Virus record (IMG/VR): IMGVR_UViG_3300044701_000569
Location: 186,001-250,000 of that record
DNA length: 64,000 nucleotides
Direction: 5' to 3' (one strand)
A program made the position numbers and the translations under genes. The notes under the pieces are model-generated. The model saw nothing but the letters and a program-made list of their open reading frames with translations, had not been told where the DNA came from and made no database searches. This document shows, in pieces, positions 1 to 10,348 of the stretch. Position 1 is the stretch's first letter, and each line of letters starts with the position of its first letter.

Positions 1-660
1 CAAGGTTATGCTGATAAGATTTTAATTAGATACAATTCTAACGGATTATTACTAGACGAAGAAACATTAGAGTTATGGAAAAATTTTAAGAAAGTAAAAT
101 TTGCTGTGAGTATTGATGATATTACTGACAGAAACTATTACATTAGATATCCGTCTGATTGGGATAGATTAGAAAAGAATATGCATATTCTTGATAATAC
201 GCCTAGCAACGTACAAGTAAGTATTGCTACAGCTATTCAAATCCTAAACATAAAAACTCTACCTGAATTAGCAAAGTGGAAAATTACACAGAATTTTAAA
301 AAGATAAATTTTGAAAATGTTTATGAAGGTATACAAGCCGGCGGCGGAATAGTAAACATGCACTTATTGTATATACCTACTTTTTTAAGTATACGATGCT
401 TGCCTAAAGAGGACAAGCAAGAAGTAAGAAAAATATTTGAAGATTTTAGATTATGGCTTCTAGAAAACTATACACAAGATTCAGACTTTTGGAATGTAAA
501 TCCGTATGGGTGGAAGCGTTGGCAGGCTGTTTTAGATTTTATGGACGGTGAAGATCATACACACGAACTACCGGCATTTAAAGAATACATACATAAACTA
601 GATTCTATTAGAAACACAGATTTTAAAACTATTTTTCCGTTATTGAGTCACTTAGTATGA
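1..660 (+). CDS. Radical SAM protein, C-terminal part (5'-truncated by window edge)
   Basis: Frame is open from base 1 (QGYADKILIRYNSNG...KFAVSIDD...YIRYPSDW). It resembles the YATNG/VSIDG/YIRG segments of the rSAM at 2519-3784. Confidence 0.75.
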   Translation, partial: QGYADKILIRYNSNGLLLDEETLELWKNFKKVKFAVSIDDITDRNYYIRYPSDWDRLEKNMHILDNTPSNVQVSIATAIQILNIKTLPELAKWKITQNFKKINFENVYEGIQAGGGIVNMHLLYIPTFLSIRCLPKEDKQEVRKIFEDFRLWLLENYTQDSDFWNVNPYGWKRWQAVLDFMDGEDHTHELPAFKEYIHKLDSIRNTDFKTIFPLLSHLV

Positions 661-1655
661 AACAACTAGCAAGAGTTATTACTACACAAGATCCTACTCT
701 TTTAGATGTGAGATTTTGGCCTACCGATATTTGTAACTTTAGTTGTAACTATTGTTTTCCTGGCAGTGTTCTTAACAAGTATCGTTATCCTAAAAATGTC
801 AACACTGTAATAAAGAATTTTAGAATACTGTTTGATGCATATATGAAACTGCATAACAAGAAAAAGTTTAAGATAAACATAGTAGGGGGAGGTGAACCTA
901 CATTATGGCCGCATCTCTCAGAGTTCTGTCAAGGCATTAAAGAAACACATCCAGTTGAAATACAATTGACTTCTAACGGCAGTAGAACTCTTAGATGGTG
1001 GGAAGAAAATAGTTTATATGTTGATAAAGTAGTATTAAGTTGTCATTACAAAGATGTTGACATTAATAATTTTATTCAAGTAGCTGATTATATTTTTGGA
1101 AGAGGTACAGACATAGGTGCTCTAATGCTTATGGATGCTACGGCTTGGGATACATGTGTTGAATTAATTGAACAAATGAGAAGCAGTAAACATCCTTGGA
1201 TTATACAAGCAAAAGAAGTTGTAGATGCTCCAGGATATGATATAAGAAACTATACAGCAGAACAGCTCAGTTATTTTAAACAACCTTTTAAACGTGTTCC
1301 GGATACTAATTGGATTATTAATAACATACATAGATTTAGAGTACACGAAAGTGTATCGCTTTATGATGATAATTCTGTAGAGCTAGCACTACCTAACTAT
1401 TACATAGTTAATAAATTAAATCAATGGAAGGGTTGGAATTGTAATGTGGCTCTTGAAAATCTAGTTATTACTTATGACGGTACAGTTACAGGTAGTTGTC
1501 AAGAACCTGTGTTTTCTAATTCTAATTTAAATATGTTTGCAGAAGATTTTGAAGAAAAATTTAGCGAAGAATCGCTAAGTTTAAAAACATTAATTTGTCC
1601 AAGAATGAATTGTAGCTGCCAACCAGATACGCACATTACAAAATGGAAGTCTTAG
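657..1655 (+). CDS. Radical SAM protein with C-terminal SPASM/twitch-like Cys cluster
   Basis: CNFSCNYC (CxxxCxxC), GGGEPT, TSNG, and C-terminal CPRMNCSC. Confidence 0.9.
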   Translation: MKQLARVITTQDPTLLDVRFWPTDICNFSCNYCFPGSVLNKYRYPKNVNTVIKNFRILFDAYMKLHNKKKFKINIVGGGEPTLWPHLSEFCQGIKETHPVEIQLTSNGSRTLRWWEENSLYVDKVVLSCHYKDVDINNFIQVADYIFGRGTDIGALMLMDATAWDTCVELIEQMRSSKHPWIIQAKEVVDAPGYDIRNYTAEQLSYFKQPFKRVPDTNWIINNIHRFRVHESVSLYDDNSVELALPNYYIVNKLNQWKGWNCNVALENLVITYDGTVTGSCQEPVFSNSNLNMFAEDFEEKFSEESLSLKTLICPRMNCSCQPDTHITKWKS

Positions 1656-2526
1656 TCAGCGGAATGTCTGCTGCACAAGTACACCAATTTCTATCACAAA
1701 TTATTTCTGATGCTGGAATACGAAAATCTCCTTTATAGATATTTCCTAAACTACCGCCAACCCTGCAAGTAGCTCGGTGTACTTCACCATCCCAGTTAAT
1801 CATTAGACTTTCAATACCTGCACTGCATTTCCAATCTTTAAATTTATTCATATGCAGTTTTATTATATCATTAGCATGATATAGATCTTTGTTGTCAACT
1901 ATGCAATTTTCTTTTGCTGTTGCGTTGTTTTCTAATAGATATTTTAAGTCATTAGGTTGATATCTCATGTCGTCGAACCAATCGTGATCACCTTCGGTCC
2001 ACCGTATTCTTCTTAGTACAAATCCTATGTTGTGACCTGTAAACAGATCAACTGAATACCGCACTCTATCCATGTGTTGATGATGAGCCATAATATTAAC
2101 TTGAAACGGTATTTCACACAACTGAGAAAACAACAGTATAGTCATAGCACACCGTTCCCAATGTTCATTATCGTAGTGTAAACTAAACACATAATGACTT
2201 ACAGGTTGTTTAGCGTACCATTCAGGTGTTCTAGTAGCGTTAGTAGTTACATTGATCCAACTAGCATGTTCTTTAGCATACGCTAACAATTCTTCAATAT
2301 CCGGATGAACACACGGTTCACCACCAGTAAAGCTGATTCTAATTGGCTTATTAATTTCCGTTAATTTGTCTACAGTATTCTTTAAAATAGCTATATCTGT
2401 GTGCGGGCTTATGTTGTCATGAATTTCAGCAGGACAATATCCGCAATCAAAGTTACAACGTTTACCAAGATTCCACTCAATCTTTACAGACTCTTGATGA
2501 GGCCAACGACTAGTTATCTTATACAT
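1636..2526 (-). CDS. Radical SAM protein with SPASM/twitch-like domain (paralog of 657-1655)
   Basis: CNFDCGYC, FTGGEP, TTNA, and C-terminal CDRNWCTC. Confidence 0.9.
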   Translation of the reverse strand: MYKITSRWPHQESVKIEWNLGKRCNFDCGYCPAEIHDNISPHTDIAILKNTVDKLTEINKPIRISFTGGEPCVHPDIEELLAYAKEHASWINVTTNATRTPEWYAKQPVSHYVFSLHYDNEHWERCAMTILLFSQLCEIPFQVNIMAHHQHMDRVRYSVDLFTGHNIGFVLRRIRWTEGDHDWFDDMRYQPNDLKYLLENNATAKENCIVDNKDLYHANDIIKLHMNKFKDWKCSAGIESLMINWDGEVHRATCRVGGSLGNIYKGDFRIPASEIICDRNWCTCAADIPLTKTSIL

Positions 2527-3784
2527 AATTTATAAACTCTGGGTTGGTTGTAAGAAAGTTTTGATTTCTAGTTTTATCTAGTTGCCGATTAAATTCAACA
2601 CAGTCAGGCCAAAATCTACTTAAATCGTTAGCCTTAAGGAAATTAATATTATCTTGTATTTGTTGTAGTGTTACAGTTTTAAGAAGAGCATGTTTTTGCA
2701 CTAACGGATAGTCTAGTATTTTTGTTTTCATAACTTCTAACTTTTCTATTACTTGTTCTTTTAATACACTTGGCAATGTCTGAGCAGATAGTGCTCTAGG
2801 ATAGTTTACACGATGTGAATAAAACACAATACCCATTTCATTTATAAAGTAGTCTATAACTTTATCTATCTGCATTATGTTATTAGCCTGTACAGTAAAT
2901 GCTCCTACTACTCGGCTTACGTTAGGAAATGACTTAAACACTTTAACATTTTCTTCTATTTCGGAAAACTTACCATTACCTCTTATGTATTCATAAACAT
3001 CATGTATACCATCAATACTTACATTTACAGCTATTGATTTAAACTTCGGCCAATAATCATGTATAGTTCTTCCTCCCTTAATTCCTAAGGTCGTACCATT
3101 AGTAGCATATTTTAATTCAATATTAGAACCATAAGGTGCAAGCATATCTAATATTTTATAATGATAAGGATCCATTAGAGGTTCGCCGCCAGCAAATTCT
3201 ACCCTACGAAAGTACGGTAATAACTTTTCAAAACTATTCCACCAGTTATCGCTATTGTCAAAGGGTCCTATATACTGACCAGGTACATCAACTAATTTTT
3301 CAATAGTAGGTATAAGATAATTGTTTTCTTTTTTATAAAATTCTGTAACTTGGTCCCAATCTTTCCAACTAGTACTATCTAGAGGATTGCACATACGGCA
3401 TTTTAAATTGCAAAGATTGTTTAATTTAATTTCCATTGTAGGAAATTCAAAAGGCATTGAAAAATCTTCTAACAGATTTTCTAATGCATTGGGATAAAGA
3501 TTAATTCTAGCTTCTGGAATAACTCCATTAATGTGTCTTTGTCTTAAACTTTCAACGCCCTGATCTTCTAAATCAAAACAGGGTTTACATACTTCTGGTC
3601 TTTCATTATTTAGAACCTGTTGGCGAACTTTGCGCATTTCACTGTTGTTCCACGCTTCTTCTAAACTTTCTTTTTGAATCCACCCTATAGGTTGACTACG
3701 ACAACAGACTTTTATTGCTCCGTCTTCTCTAGTAGCAAGTCCTGTAAAAGGATGCATACAGAAGGTACATGATTTATTTTCCAA
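2519..3784 (-). CDS. Twitch-domain radical SAM protein
   Basis: N-terminal CMHPF..CC..W....M...R.......CKPC auxiliary-cluster domain, then CNLKCRMC, AGGEP, TNG. Probable TTG start at 3784, overlapping the upstream stop (the ORF track starts at 3850). Confidence 0.88.
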   Translation of the reverse strand: MENKSCTFCMHPFTGLATREDGAIKVCCRSQPIGWIQKESLEEAWNNSEMRKVRQQVLNNERPEVCKPCFDLEDQGVESLRQRHINGVIPEARINLYPNALENLLEDFSMPFEFPTMEIKLNNLCNLKCRMCNPLDSTSWKDWDQVTEFYKKENNYLIPTIEKLVDVPGQYIGPFDNSDNWWNSFEKLLPYFRRVEFAGGEPLMDPYHYKILDMLAPYGSNIELKYATNGTTLGIKGGRTIHDYWPKFKSIAVNVSIDGIHDVYEYIRGNGKFSEIEENVKVFKSFPNVSRVVGAFTVQANNIMQIDKVIDYFINEMGIVFYSHRVNYPRALSAQTLPSVLKEQVIEKLEVMKTKILDYPLVQKHALLKTVTLQQIQDNINFLKANDLSRFWPDCVEFNRQLDKTRNQNFLTTNPEFINYV

Positions 3785-4499
3785 GAGCCCACTCCCTTTC
3801 TTTACACCAGAAACATTTTCCGCAAACAGGAACATACTGTCCTGAAACATAAGTTTTATAATCTAAGTCACCAAAAGTTTCAGGATAGTTTATTTTATCG
3901 CCTTCACAGCTTCTAGTCAAGTTTAATAAGTCTGTTATGTTATTTTTAAAATACTGATTTATTATCCAATTTTTTCTTGTATGAATAAAGGGATGACATA
4001 CAGTAACTCCCATGTGTTGTATAATAGGATCTATATGACCCTCATCTCTGTCGTCTAGAGATCCGTCAATTTCAATATCGGGGTTAAGATTAACAGCAGC
4101 AAACCAAGCATCTAGTTGTTCTCTATGAGCAATATATTCGTTATGAGCTCTAAGAATTATTTGATTACCAGATTTTAATTTTCCGTATTCGTCAACAATA
4201 TTAGGACCAGTAGATCCCCACTCTAGTTCTGGAGGTATAAAACCTTCGTGCCTAAAAAAACGATTTTTAAATCTATTTTGAAGCCAATTATACACATCTA
4301 AACTGTTTTGTCTTTGCCAGGGTCTTGTTTTCCAACAACGAATCTGTGTAATGATATGAATATCTGCACTAGTGTTCATACATATTAAATAAGCTAATAA
4401 GGCACTATCTGCCCCACCGCTTAAACTTATTCCTATCCGTGACCAATTAGGATCAATAGGCAAGATTACGTCGTCATATTTAACAGAAGGAATATTCAT
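3774..4499 (-). CDS. QueC-like PP-loop ATP pyrophosphatase (adenine nucleotide alpha-hydrolase)
   Basis: SLSGGADS PP-loop, TRSCE, and CGKCFWC Zn motif. Start set at the ATG 5 nt downstream of TAAATA. Confidence 0.7.
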   Translation of the reverse strand: MNIPSVKYDDVILPIDPNWSRIGISLSGGADSALLAYLICMNTSADIHIITQIRCWKTRPWQRQNSLDVYNWLQNRFKNRFFRHEGFIPPELEWGSTGPNIVDEYGKLKSGNQIILRAHNEYIAHREQLDAWFAAVNLNPDIEIDGSLDDRDEGHIDPIIQHMGVTVCHPFIHTRKNWIINQYFKNNITDLLNLTRSCEGDKINYPETFGDLDYKTYVSGQYVPVCGKCFWCKEREWALGK

Positions 4500-4542
4500 G
4501 CAAGTATTTATCGACATAAACTGCGCAGATAATAAATATATG
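4500..4542. promoter_or_regulatory. Divergent pair of T4-late-like TAAATA promoters
   Basis: TATTTA 4505-4510 (minus) and TAAATA 4533-4538 (plus), each 4-5 nt from an ATG. Confidence 0.65.
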
Positions 4543-5217
4543 ATGCTAACTAAAACAGGTTATACAGTTCCAAAAGAATTAATGGATCGTACATCAATAG
4601 ATCCAAAATCAATTGATGAAAAATTTACCATTAACACTCCTACGGGTAATTTCTTTTATGATCCGTGGGAAATTAAACCAGAATTTAAAAATACGATATG
4701 GAATGAAATATTAGAAACACTACCATATCCTAAAGGTGAAGCTAGACTTTTAGTTTTAGATTCTGGAAAAAACTATTTTGGCCACGCAGACATTGATGAT
4801 AGGTGGCACTTAAATATCTGCGGAACTTATAGTTTTCTTGTAGATTTAGATACAAATATGCTGCACAAAACTGACAATGATATGACATGGTATTTAATGG
4901 ATGCTGGCAGATTACATTCTGCTGCTAATTTTGGAGATAAACCGCGAGTACAGTTAGTAGTTAGAAAACTTTTAAATCGTTCAACAAAGGATTTAGTATC
5001 AATTCAGATAACTCCTACAAAGAAAAGTTTTGACACTAGATACAGATTTGATCAAACACTAAGCCCGTGGCTCAATAGAGCATCTAAAAATGGAGATATT
5101 GATAATTTTCAAATTACTTCTAATGGTGTACAGCTTGATCTTGCTGTAGATAGGATTAATGAATTGTTAGAAGTTTGCGGAACTGAATTTTTAACTACCA
5201 TCTTGGGTACTTGTTAA
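4543..5217 (+). CDS. Asp/Asn beta-hydroxylase-like Fe(II)/2OG oxygenase
   Basis: ARL...HADID (HxD), RLHSAAN (distal His), RVQLV. Start is ATG 4540 or 4543. Confidence 0.7.
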   Translation: MLTKTGYTVPKELMDRTSIDPKSIDEKFTINTPTGNFFYDPWEIKPEFKNTIWNEILETLPYPKGEARLLVLDSGKNYFGHADIDDRWHLNICGTYSFLVDLDTNMLHKTDNDMTWYLMDAGRLHSAANFGDKPRVQLVVRKLLNRSTKDLVSIQITPTKKSFDTRYRFDQTLSPWLNRASKNGDIDNFQITSNGVQLDLAVDRINELLEVCGTEFLTTILGTC

Positions 5218-5746
5218 GCTCAGCATAAAACTTATCAGGAAATAACTCCCATACTGTTTGTTGAGTTCCTCGATAGAATATCTCTTTTATTTTTTTCATT
5301 TGTCCTGATTTTTCCATAGCAGGACCAAATATTCTATGCACTAGGCGTTGTGTGCCTGCAGAATTTTCGTTAGAAGTTATAAACAACTTACTACCTTTAG
5401 GAGCCCAGTCTATACAGGTAGGAATTAAAAACTGACTAGTAACATGCTGATGTGTAATTATTTGGTTAACTGTCCTAAGAGAGGTTACTGGAATTTCATC
5501 ACTGAATGCACAAGTCCTAGCAGCTATACGATAGCAGTTTTCTCCCATTTCGTCAAAAGAGTGTGCTGCAACACTGCCTACAGGTTTGTTATTATAGTAG
5601 AGTATCCATACCTGCCATTCTCTTTCTTTTTTAAAACAATCAACTAGTAGTTTTTGAGAAGCATTATTTTCAAAACCTTTGGCAGCAGCTTTTGTATAAA
5701 ATTCATCTAGATCTAAGTCTTTAGTCCAAGGAACTATTTTATACAT
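5195..5746 (-). CDS. Hypothetical protein, possible GNAT-fold acyltransferase
   Basis: 183 aa ORF. The WILYY..KPVG...RIAARTC pattern is GNAT-like but weak. Confidence 0.35.
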   Translation of the reverse strand: MYKIVPWTKDLDLDEFYTKAAAKGFENNASQKLLVDCFKKEREWQVWILYYNNKPVGSVAAHSFDEMGENCYRIAARTCAFSDEIPVTSLRTVNQIITHQHVTSQFLIPTCIDWAPKGSKLFITSNENSAGTQRLVHRIFGPAMEKSGQMKKIKEIFYRGTQQTVWELFPDKFYAELNKYPRW

Positions 5747-6429
5747 TCGTTTACTCTACTAACAAAGTTGTCCGGGTAATTTGTTCTAAAACTCATCCAG
5801 CAAAGTTTTTCTAGCTGATTTAACGGCGCCGGAGCAGTCCAATTCATTCCTAAAGACTCTACTGTTTGTTTTAGATTGGCCTTTCTGTCTTCACTTAGAT
5901 GACTTTGATGTTTCTCTATACTTATAAATCCTTCATTGTGATGATAGGTAAAGAAATAATTAATACTTTTAAGTTTACCATCTACTATAAAGTAACTGCT
6001 AGGATGCATTGAATACTTGTATAAGTTTAGAGACTTATGGGCTTGAATAATTTCTAACATTTGTTCTTCCCAGTTTGGCAATACCTTAGAGTAATTTTCT
6101 GTAAGGCAACCTGCTTGCTCCCAAAAATCAGATCCGTCAATGTTTAAATAAATCTTTTTTTGAACATAGTCTATATCTAGTATTTGAGGAATATGCATTG
6201 GAAATGAATTGTTCATCACTGTTAAAAATTTAACTTCTCTTTCCCATTTTTCCTCCATAAGTTCAGGATCAATTACCTGATTTTGACCTTTATGGTAATC
6301 TGTGTCGTTATGATACCATTGTACAAATGTTTTCTTATCTTTACTGATAAGACTAGTATAAATTAAGTTGTTTCTACAAAGTCCTTTACCAGGAACATTG
6401 TTGTAGTAGTATTCAAATTCTGTGTTCAT
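5734..6429 (-). CDS. Protein-kinase-like fold protein (atypical)
   Basis: WEREVKFL, IPQILDID, LYKYSMHPSSYFIVDGKLKSINY. Similar to 9748-10311; no canonical HxD. Confidence 0.5.
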   Translation of the reverse strand: MNTEFEYYYNNVPGKGLCRNNLIYTSLISKDKKTFVQWYHNDTDYHKGQNQVIDPELMEEKWEREVKFLTVMNNSFPMHIPQILDIDYVQKKIYLNIDGSDFWEQAGCLTENYSKVLPNWEEQMLEIIQAHKSLNLYKYSMHPSSYFIVDGKLKSINYFFTYHHNEGFISIEKHQSHLSEDRKANLKQTVESLGMNWTAPAPLNQLEKLCWMSFRTNYPDNFVSRVNECIK

Positions 6430-6437
6430 AATAGTAA

Positions 6438-7739
6438 TTATGCTACTAGATTATTAGAACGATTTAGATTGAAAGGCATTTCAAACCACACACTATTTGT
6501 AGAATCAAGTAGTCTTTGAATTTTTTCTCTAGTTGAAATAATTTCTTCTTTTGAATATATTACATGTGTAAATGGATACACAGTTAAAATTGTGCTTGTA
6601 CCTAATAGTGTATTTTCTTCAAAATGAGTTTCAAGTTTGCTAAAATCTTTTATAATATCACATTCGATAAATTCAACAGTAACAGACTGTTTAAATTCTT
6701 TCCAATTAGCAAGAATTTTTTCTCTAACAAGATCTCTAGTATCAACCGAATTTTTTATATCAATGTCAAACGTAGGTTCAATTGGTAAGTTACAAGTTTT
6801 AGCATAATCCTGCATGAACGAATCGTAGTCGTTGCCGTCCCATTCTGTGTATAGTTTTTTCTTAAAGTTTAAATTATGTAAGTTCTTATCATACAACACA
6901 ATATTTTTAGCTCCAGAATTTACTGCACACAGCTCTCCAAGAAAACCTGTAGCAGGACAAATTACTTTTTTTGCTGGCACTGACGGAGCAAATTCATATT
7001 GCCATCCGTTAAGGACATTAAATTTTAAAACCTGTTGTATTATTTTAATAAACAGTTCTTGAGAGTCGTCTAACCCTTCTACTAGTTCTATTTTTTTAAG
7101 TGCTTCTGCAAATGCTTCAGTACTCTTTTTTGGATACAGAAAACCTCTACTAGGTAGTACAACATCTTTTAAGTAATCATTAGCTGTTTTAGGATAGCGC
7201 CATTCTTGATCCCAATTACGTACCTCAAAATTATTTTTAAGACATTCTTCGATAACTCGTGTTCCAAATTTTAAATCTCTGTTTACAGTCTTTCCGCCTA
7301 ATGTTATGTACAGCGGAGCATGACCATCGTGCATGTCTTCGTAACTGCGAATTAAATTGAATCCTTGATCCTTGCCACCATTAAATTCTAATTTTTTAAA
7401 TGCAGCAGTTCTCAATATAAAAAATTGTTCGTGAAAGTACGGGGTAGTATCATAATCATATTGAAGTAAGTTTGCAATTAAACCTACAGTCTCTGGTATA
7501 GAATGCATCTTGTTATAGATGTGATCTCTTTCTACTATCACAGTACCTGCAGACGCTACTACAAGAAACTCTGCTGAAGTTAAATAATCGTTTATTTCAT
7601 TATAGGATGATAATGTGTGGACAGGATATTCGCCTATGTTGAGAATATCGATAAATGCTTGCGTAATCTGAAGCATCTTTTCATCCAACCAATCATCACT
7701 AGAAAAGCTCGGTACTATAAGAAAATTGACCTTGTGCAT
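6438..7739 (-). CDS. Hypothetical protein (433 aa), possibly a two-domain transferase
   Basis: Long ORF in operon. The C-terminal PATGFLG...VLYD...IECDI resembles a Rossmann/methyltransferase pattern, weakly. Confidence 0.5.
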   Translation of the reverse strand: MHKVNFLIVPSFSSDDWLDEKMLQITQAFIDILNIGEYPVHTLSSYNEINDYLTSAEFLVVASAGTVIVERDHIYNKMHSIPETVGLIANLLQYDYDTTPYFHEQFFILRTAAFKKLEFNGGKDQGFNLIRSYEDMHDGHAPLYITLGGKTVNRDLKFGTRVIEECLKNNFEVRNWDQEWRYPKTANDYLKDVVLPSRGFLYPKKSTEAFAEALKKIELVEGLDDSQELFIKIIQQVLKFNVLNGWQYEFAPSVPAKKVICPATGFLGELCAVNSGAKNIVLYDKNLHNLNFKKKLYTEWDGNDYDSFMQDYAKTCNLPIEPTFDIDIKNSVDTRDLVREKILANWKEFKQSVTVEFIECDIIKDFSKLETHFEENTLLGTSTILTVYPFTHVIYSKEEIISTREKIQRLLDSTNSVWFEMPFNLNRSNNLVA

Positions 7740-8355
7740 TTTGTTCCTTTATTGCTAACTCAAATAAATTTTTCCATTTAGGCGTAGAATCATAATGATG
7801 TACTATAAGATGATATCGATCTTCGTTACTGTCATTTTTAATAGAATGGGTATAGCTAATGTTCATAGCATAAGCATCACCCGGTTTAAATTCTAACGAT
7901 TCTCCATCCTCCCAATACCATTTACAATTTTGAGGGTTTGTTATTGCTATGTTTATAGCACCTAGTACTGGATATTCTGTGTCTTTATGTGGTTCTATAT
8001 AACCACCTGGTTCTAGTAACATAAATCTAACCCTAGCATAACTAGAGCTAGGATAAACGTTCTTAAGCCATTCAACAGTTACTGGACATTTCTCAGCTAT
8101 GTCTGTATACTGCATATATGGTGCGGCATCTCTAGCTGTATTAAACTCTTTGTATTGATCCCATGCGTATGGTTCTTCGCTGCTCTTACCTATAATAGGT
8201 AATGAATACCATCCTTTTGTTTTATATGTTGATCTATATTCAACAAACTTAGATCTTAAAGCACTAGCTTCTTGTGCAATAAGTTCGTGAGGAAAATCTA
8301 AATTTAATTTTAGATATTTGGCATTACTTAAAAAATATTCTCTACCTTCAAACAT
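7699..8355 (-). CDS. Asp/Asn beta-hydroxylase family Fe(II)/2OG oxygenase
   Basis: RVRFMLLEPGGYIEPHKD, THSIKNDSNEDRYHLIV. Confidence 0.85.
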   Translation of the reverse strand: MFEGREYFLSNAKYLKLNLDFPHELIAQEASALRSKFVEYRSTYKTKGWYSLPIIGKSSEEPYAWDQYKEFNTARDAAPYMQYTDIAEKCPVTVEWLKNVYPSSSYARVRFMLLEPGGYIEPHKDTEYPVLGAINIAITNPQNCKWYWEDGESLEFKPGDAYAMNISYTHSIKNDSNEDRYHLIVHHYDSTPKWKNLFELAIKEQNAQGQFSYSTELF

Positions 8356-8394
8356 GAAATATTTACCTTTAAAATTGTAGGCATAAATATTTTC
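8356..8394. promoter_or_regulatory. Divergent pair of TAAATA late promoters, quasi-palindromic
   Basis: TATTTA 8360-8365 and TAAATA 8384-8389, 4 and 5 nt from their ATGs. Confidence 0.65.
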
Positions 8395-9210
8395 ATGATT
8401 AGAGGAATTAATAACAAACCGTACGTAAGTCTAGATCCTTATATTGACATAGAAGGATTTAAACAACTTCATCCTGAAATTTGCAAAGGCTTTGCACAAG
8501 CTAGAGACTATGCTAAAGAAGGAACTTGGATGCAGCCAGGATTTGACCCCAAAGACTGTAGCTATATTGTAGATTGGAAACCTATTTACAAAGCATTTGA
8601 AGAATATCAAAAATTGCCTGATACCGATCCTATTAAAATACATGGCAATGAAATATTTCCTAATGATTTTAAAGATTATAAACAGCGTAATTTGTTTACA
8701 CGTTACTTAAAAAGCACGTTAGGTGCTAATGACCCTTATATCTATTATTTTCTTTGGAATGAAGGCGACTGGAATGAGCGTAATGCTGAACGTCAACGTA
8801 CTGAAGAGAGTAAATTCTTTCCAGGTGTAGTTAAGTGGGTTGAAGGGTTACAGGAACAAGGTATAATTGATCGTATAGGTCGCGTTATATTTTTTCACTG
8901 TGATCATAACGGTAAAGCATTTGAACATAGAGATTTAGATGCTAAAAATGGTATACATACTAATAATCAGTATACACCTCATAACAATGAATTCATCCAT
9001 ATACGCTATAGAACTAAAAGAGGGTTCTATATATGGGATCCAGACAGTCAGAATAAACACTATCTAAATTGCCATGCATCTTTTTGGAATGATCAAGATT
9101 GGCATGGCGGCGAAGAGTCTAAAGAAGTTGAATACGGACTGCGTATTGATTGTAAATTTAGTTTAGATTTAAAGAAGAAGTTAGGTATTGATCACCTAAC
9201 TCACTATTAA
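8395..9210 (+). CDS. Putative Fe(II)/2OG oxygenase (double-stranded beta-helix)
   Basis: GRVIFF...EHRD (HxD), DWHGG, GLRID. Confidence 0.6.
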   Translation: MIRGINNKPYVSLDPYIDIEGFKQLHPEICKGFAQARDYAKEGTWMQPGFDPKDCSYIVDWKPIYKAFEEYQKLPDTDPIKIHGNEIFPNDFKDYKQRNLFTRYLKSTLGANDPYIYYFLWNEGDWNERNAERQRTEESKFFPGVVKWVEGLQEQGIIDRIGRVIFFHCDHNGKAFEHRDLDAKNGIHTNNQYTPHNNEFIHIRYRTKRGFYIWDPDSQNKHYLNCHASFWNDQDWHGGEESKEVEYGLRIDCKFSLDLKKKLGIDHLTHY

Positions 9211-9755
9211 CCCCAAATATTAAAAAGATACTTTGGAGTAAGTCCTGCGTTGGCCCCAGCATGCCAACTTTTCCTGTCAGGCCATTCATAGACATTACCT
9301 TGTGCTTCGTTGTAAAGACAGGTATTTTCTACTATTACAATGTGTCCGGGTCTTGGAATATCAATATGACAATGAAATCTTCTAATTGTACCTTTAGCAT
9401 TAAGAGTATTTTCATCATCAGTGATGTCCCAGTGCCAGGGAGCTACATCTCCCGGTAGTACTTTACTGATCCAGCAGTTTATATAACTGTCCATGCCAAT
9501 AAAGTCCATAAACTTTTCTACTACTTCTTGGGGAAATTGTCTTCCTGGGAAATGCATTTCCCAGCTAGCATTGCCGCCTTCTGCCTTCATTTTATATCCA
9601 GCATTCCTTAGCGGTCTAGCTACTTCTTCTACACCCTCTACTGCATAACCTACATCGTGTCTAGGTCCTAAGTAACCAGGCATACTATTATCAACTGCCT
9701 CTATTACTTCGTTCCAATTGATAATGTGATTGCAATTACCTATAAATTTAAGCAT
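9207..9755 (-). CDS. Putative Fe(II)/2OG oxygenase (AspH-like)
   Basis: PGDVAPWHWD, RFHCHI, WHAGANAG. Confidence 0.65.
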   Translation of the reverse strand: MLKFIGNCNHIINWNEVIEAVDNSMPGYLGPRHDVGYAVEGVEEVARPLRNAGYKMKAEGGNASWEMHFPGRQFPQEVVEKFMDFIGMDSYINCWISKVLPGDVAPWHWDITDDENTLNAKGTIRRFHCHIDIPRPGHIVIVENTCLYNEAQGNVYEWPDRKSWHAGANAGLTPKYLFNIWG

Positions 9756-10311
9756 TCAGCGAAATAGGCCAATCGCCAGCATTGCTGTCTATAGAACGTC
9801 TGTAACTTGTTACTATGTCTAGGTATCCGTCAGTAAATTTGAACCTATCCCAGTTTCTAATTACATCATTAACTGTAGTGAGAGGAATCTTTTCGTCGCC
9901 TTTGCAACAGCCATAGAGATCGTGGATCTTTAATTTGTTATCCTTAACATACACTGTATGCGGATAAAAATTTAGTTTATAAAGATTATTACTTTCTAGA
10001 TCCTGTAGTAAGGATTTTAATTGCTGTACCCAATCGCTAGGCATCTCTCTACCAAAAAACAGTAAATGGCTCAAACTACTGTCATACCATTTGAAAGTTA
10101 TTTTTCTGTTGCCTTCGTCAACTGATTCTATTTCAGGAGCGTAATCTTTGCCTGCAATTAAATCTAATCCGTATAATTCTCTGCGGAACCAAAATTCCTC
10201 AAAGAATGTCATAGAATATGAAGTACTGTTATACTCGGCTTTATAAACATCGTTAGGAGTGCCGGGATATCCGTCACTACTGTATTTGTAAAAATCTTTA
10301 AATGTTTCCAT
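9748..10311 (-). CDS. Protein-kinase-like fold protein (atypical)
   Basis: FRRELYGL, APEIESVD, LKIHDLY. Paralog of 5734-6429. Confidence 0.5.
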   Translation of the reverse strand: METFKDFYKYSSDGYPGTPNDVYKAEYNSTSYSMTFFEEFWFRRELYGLDLIAGKDYAPEIESVDEGNRKITFKWYDSSLSHLLFFGREMPSDWVQQLKSLLQDLESNNLYKLNFYPHTVYVKDNKLKIHDLYGCCKGDEKIPLTTVNDVIRNWDRFKFTDGYLDIVTSYRRSIDSNAGDWPISLNA

Positions 10312-10348
10312 GTTTATATTTAACCCTATTCTAACTCACCCGCCTTAA

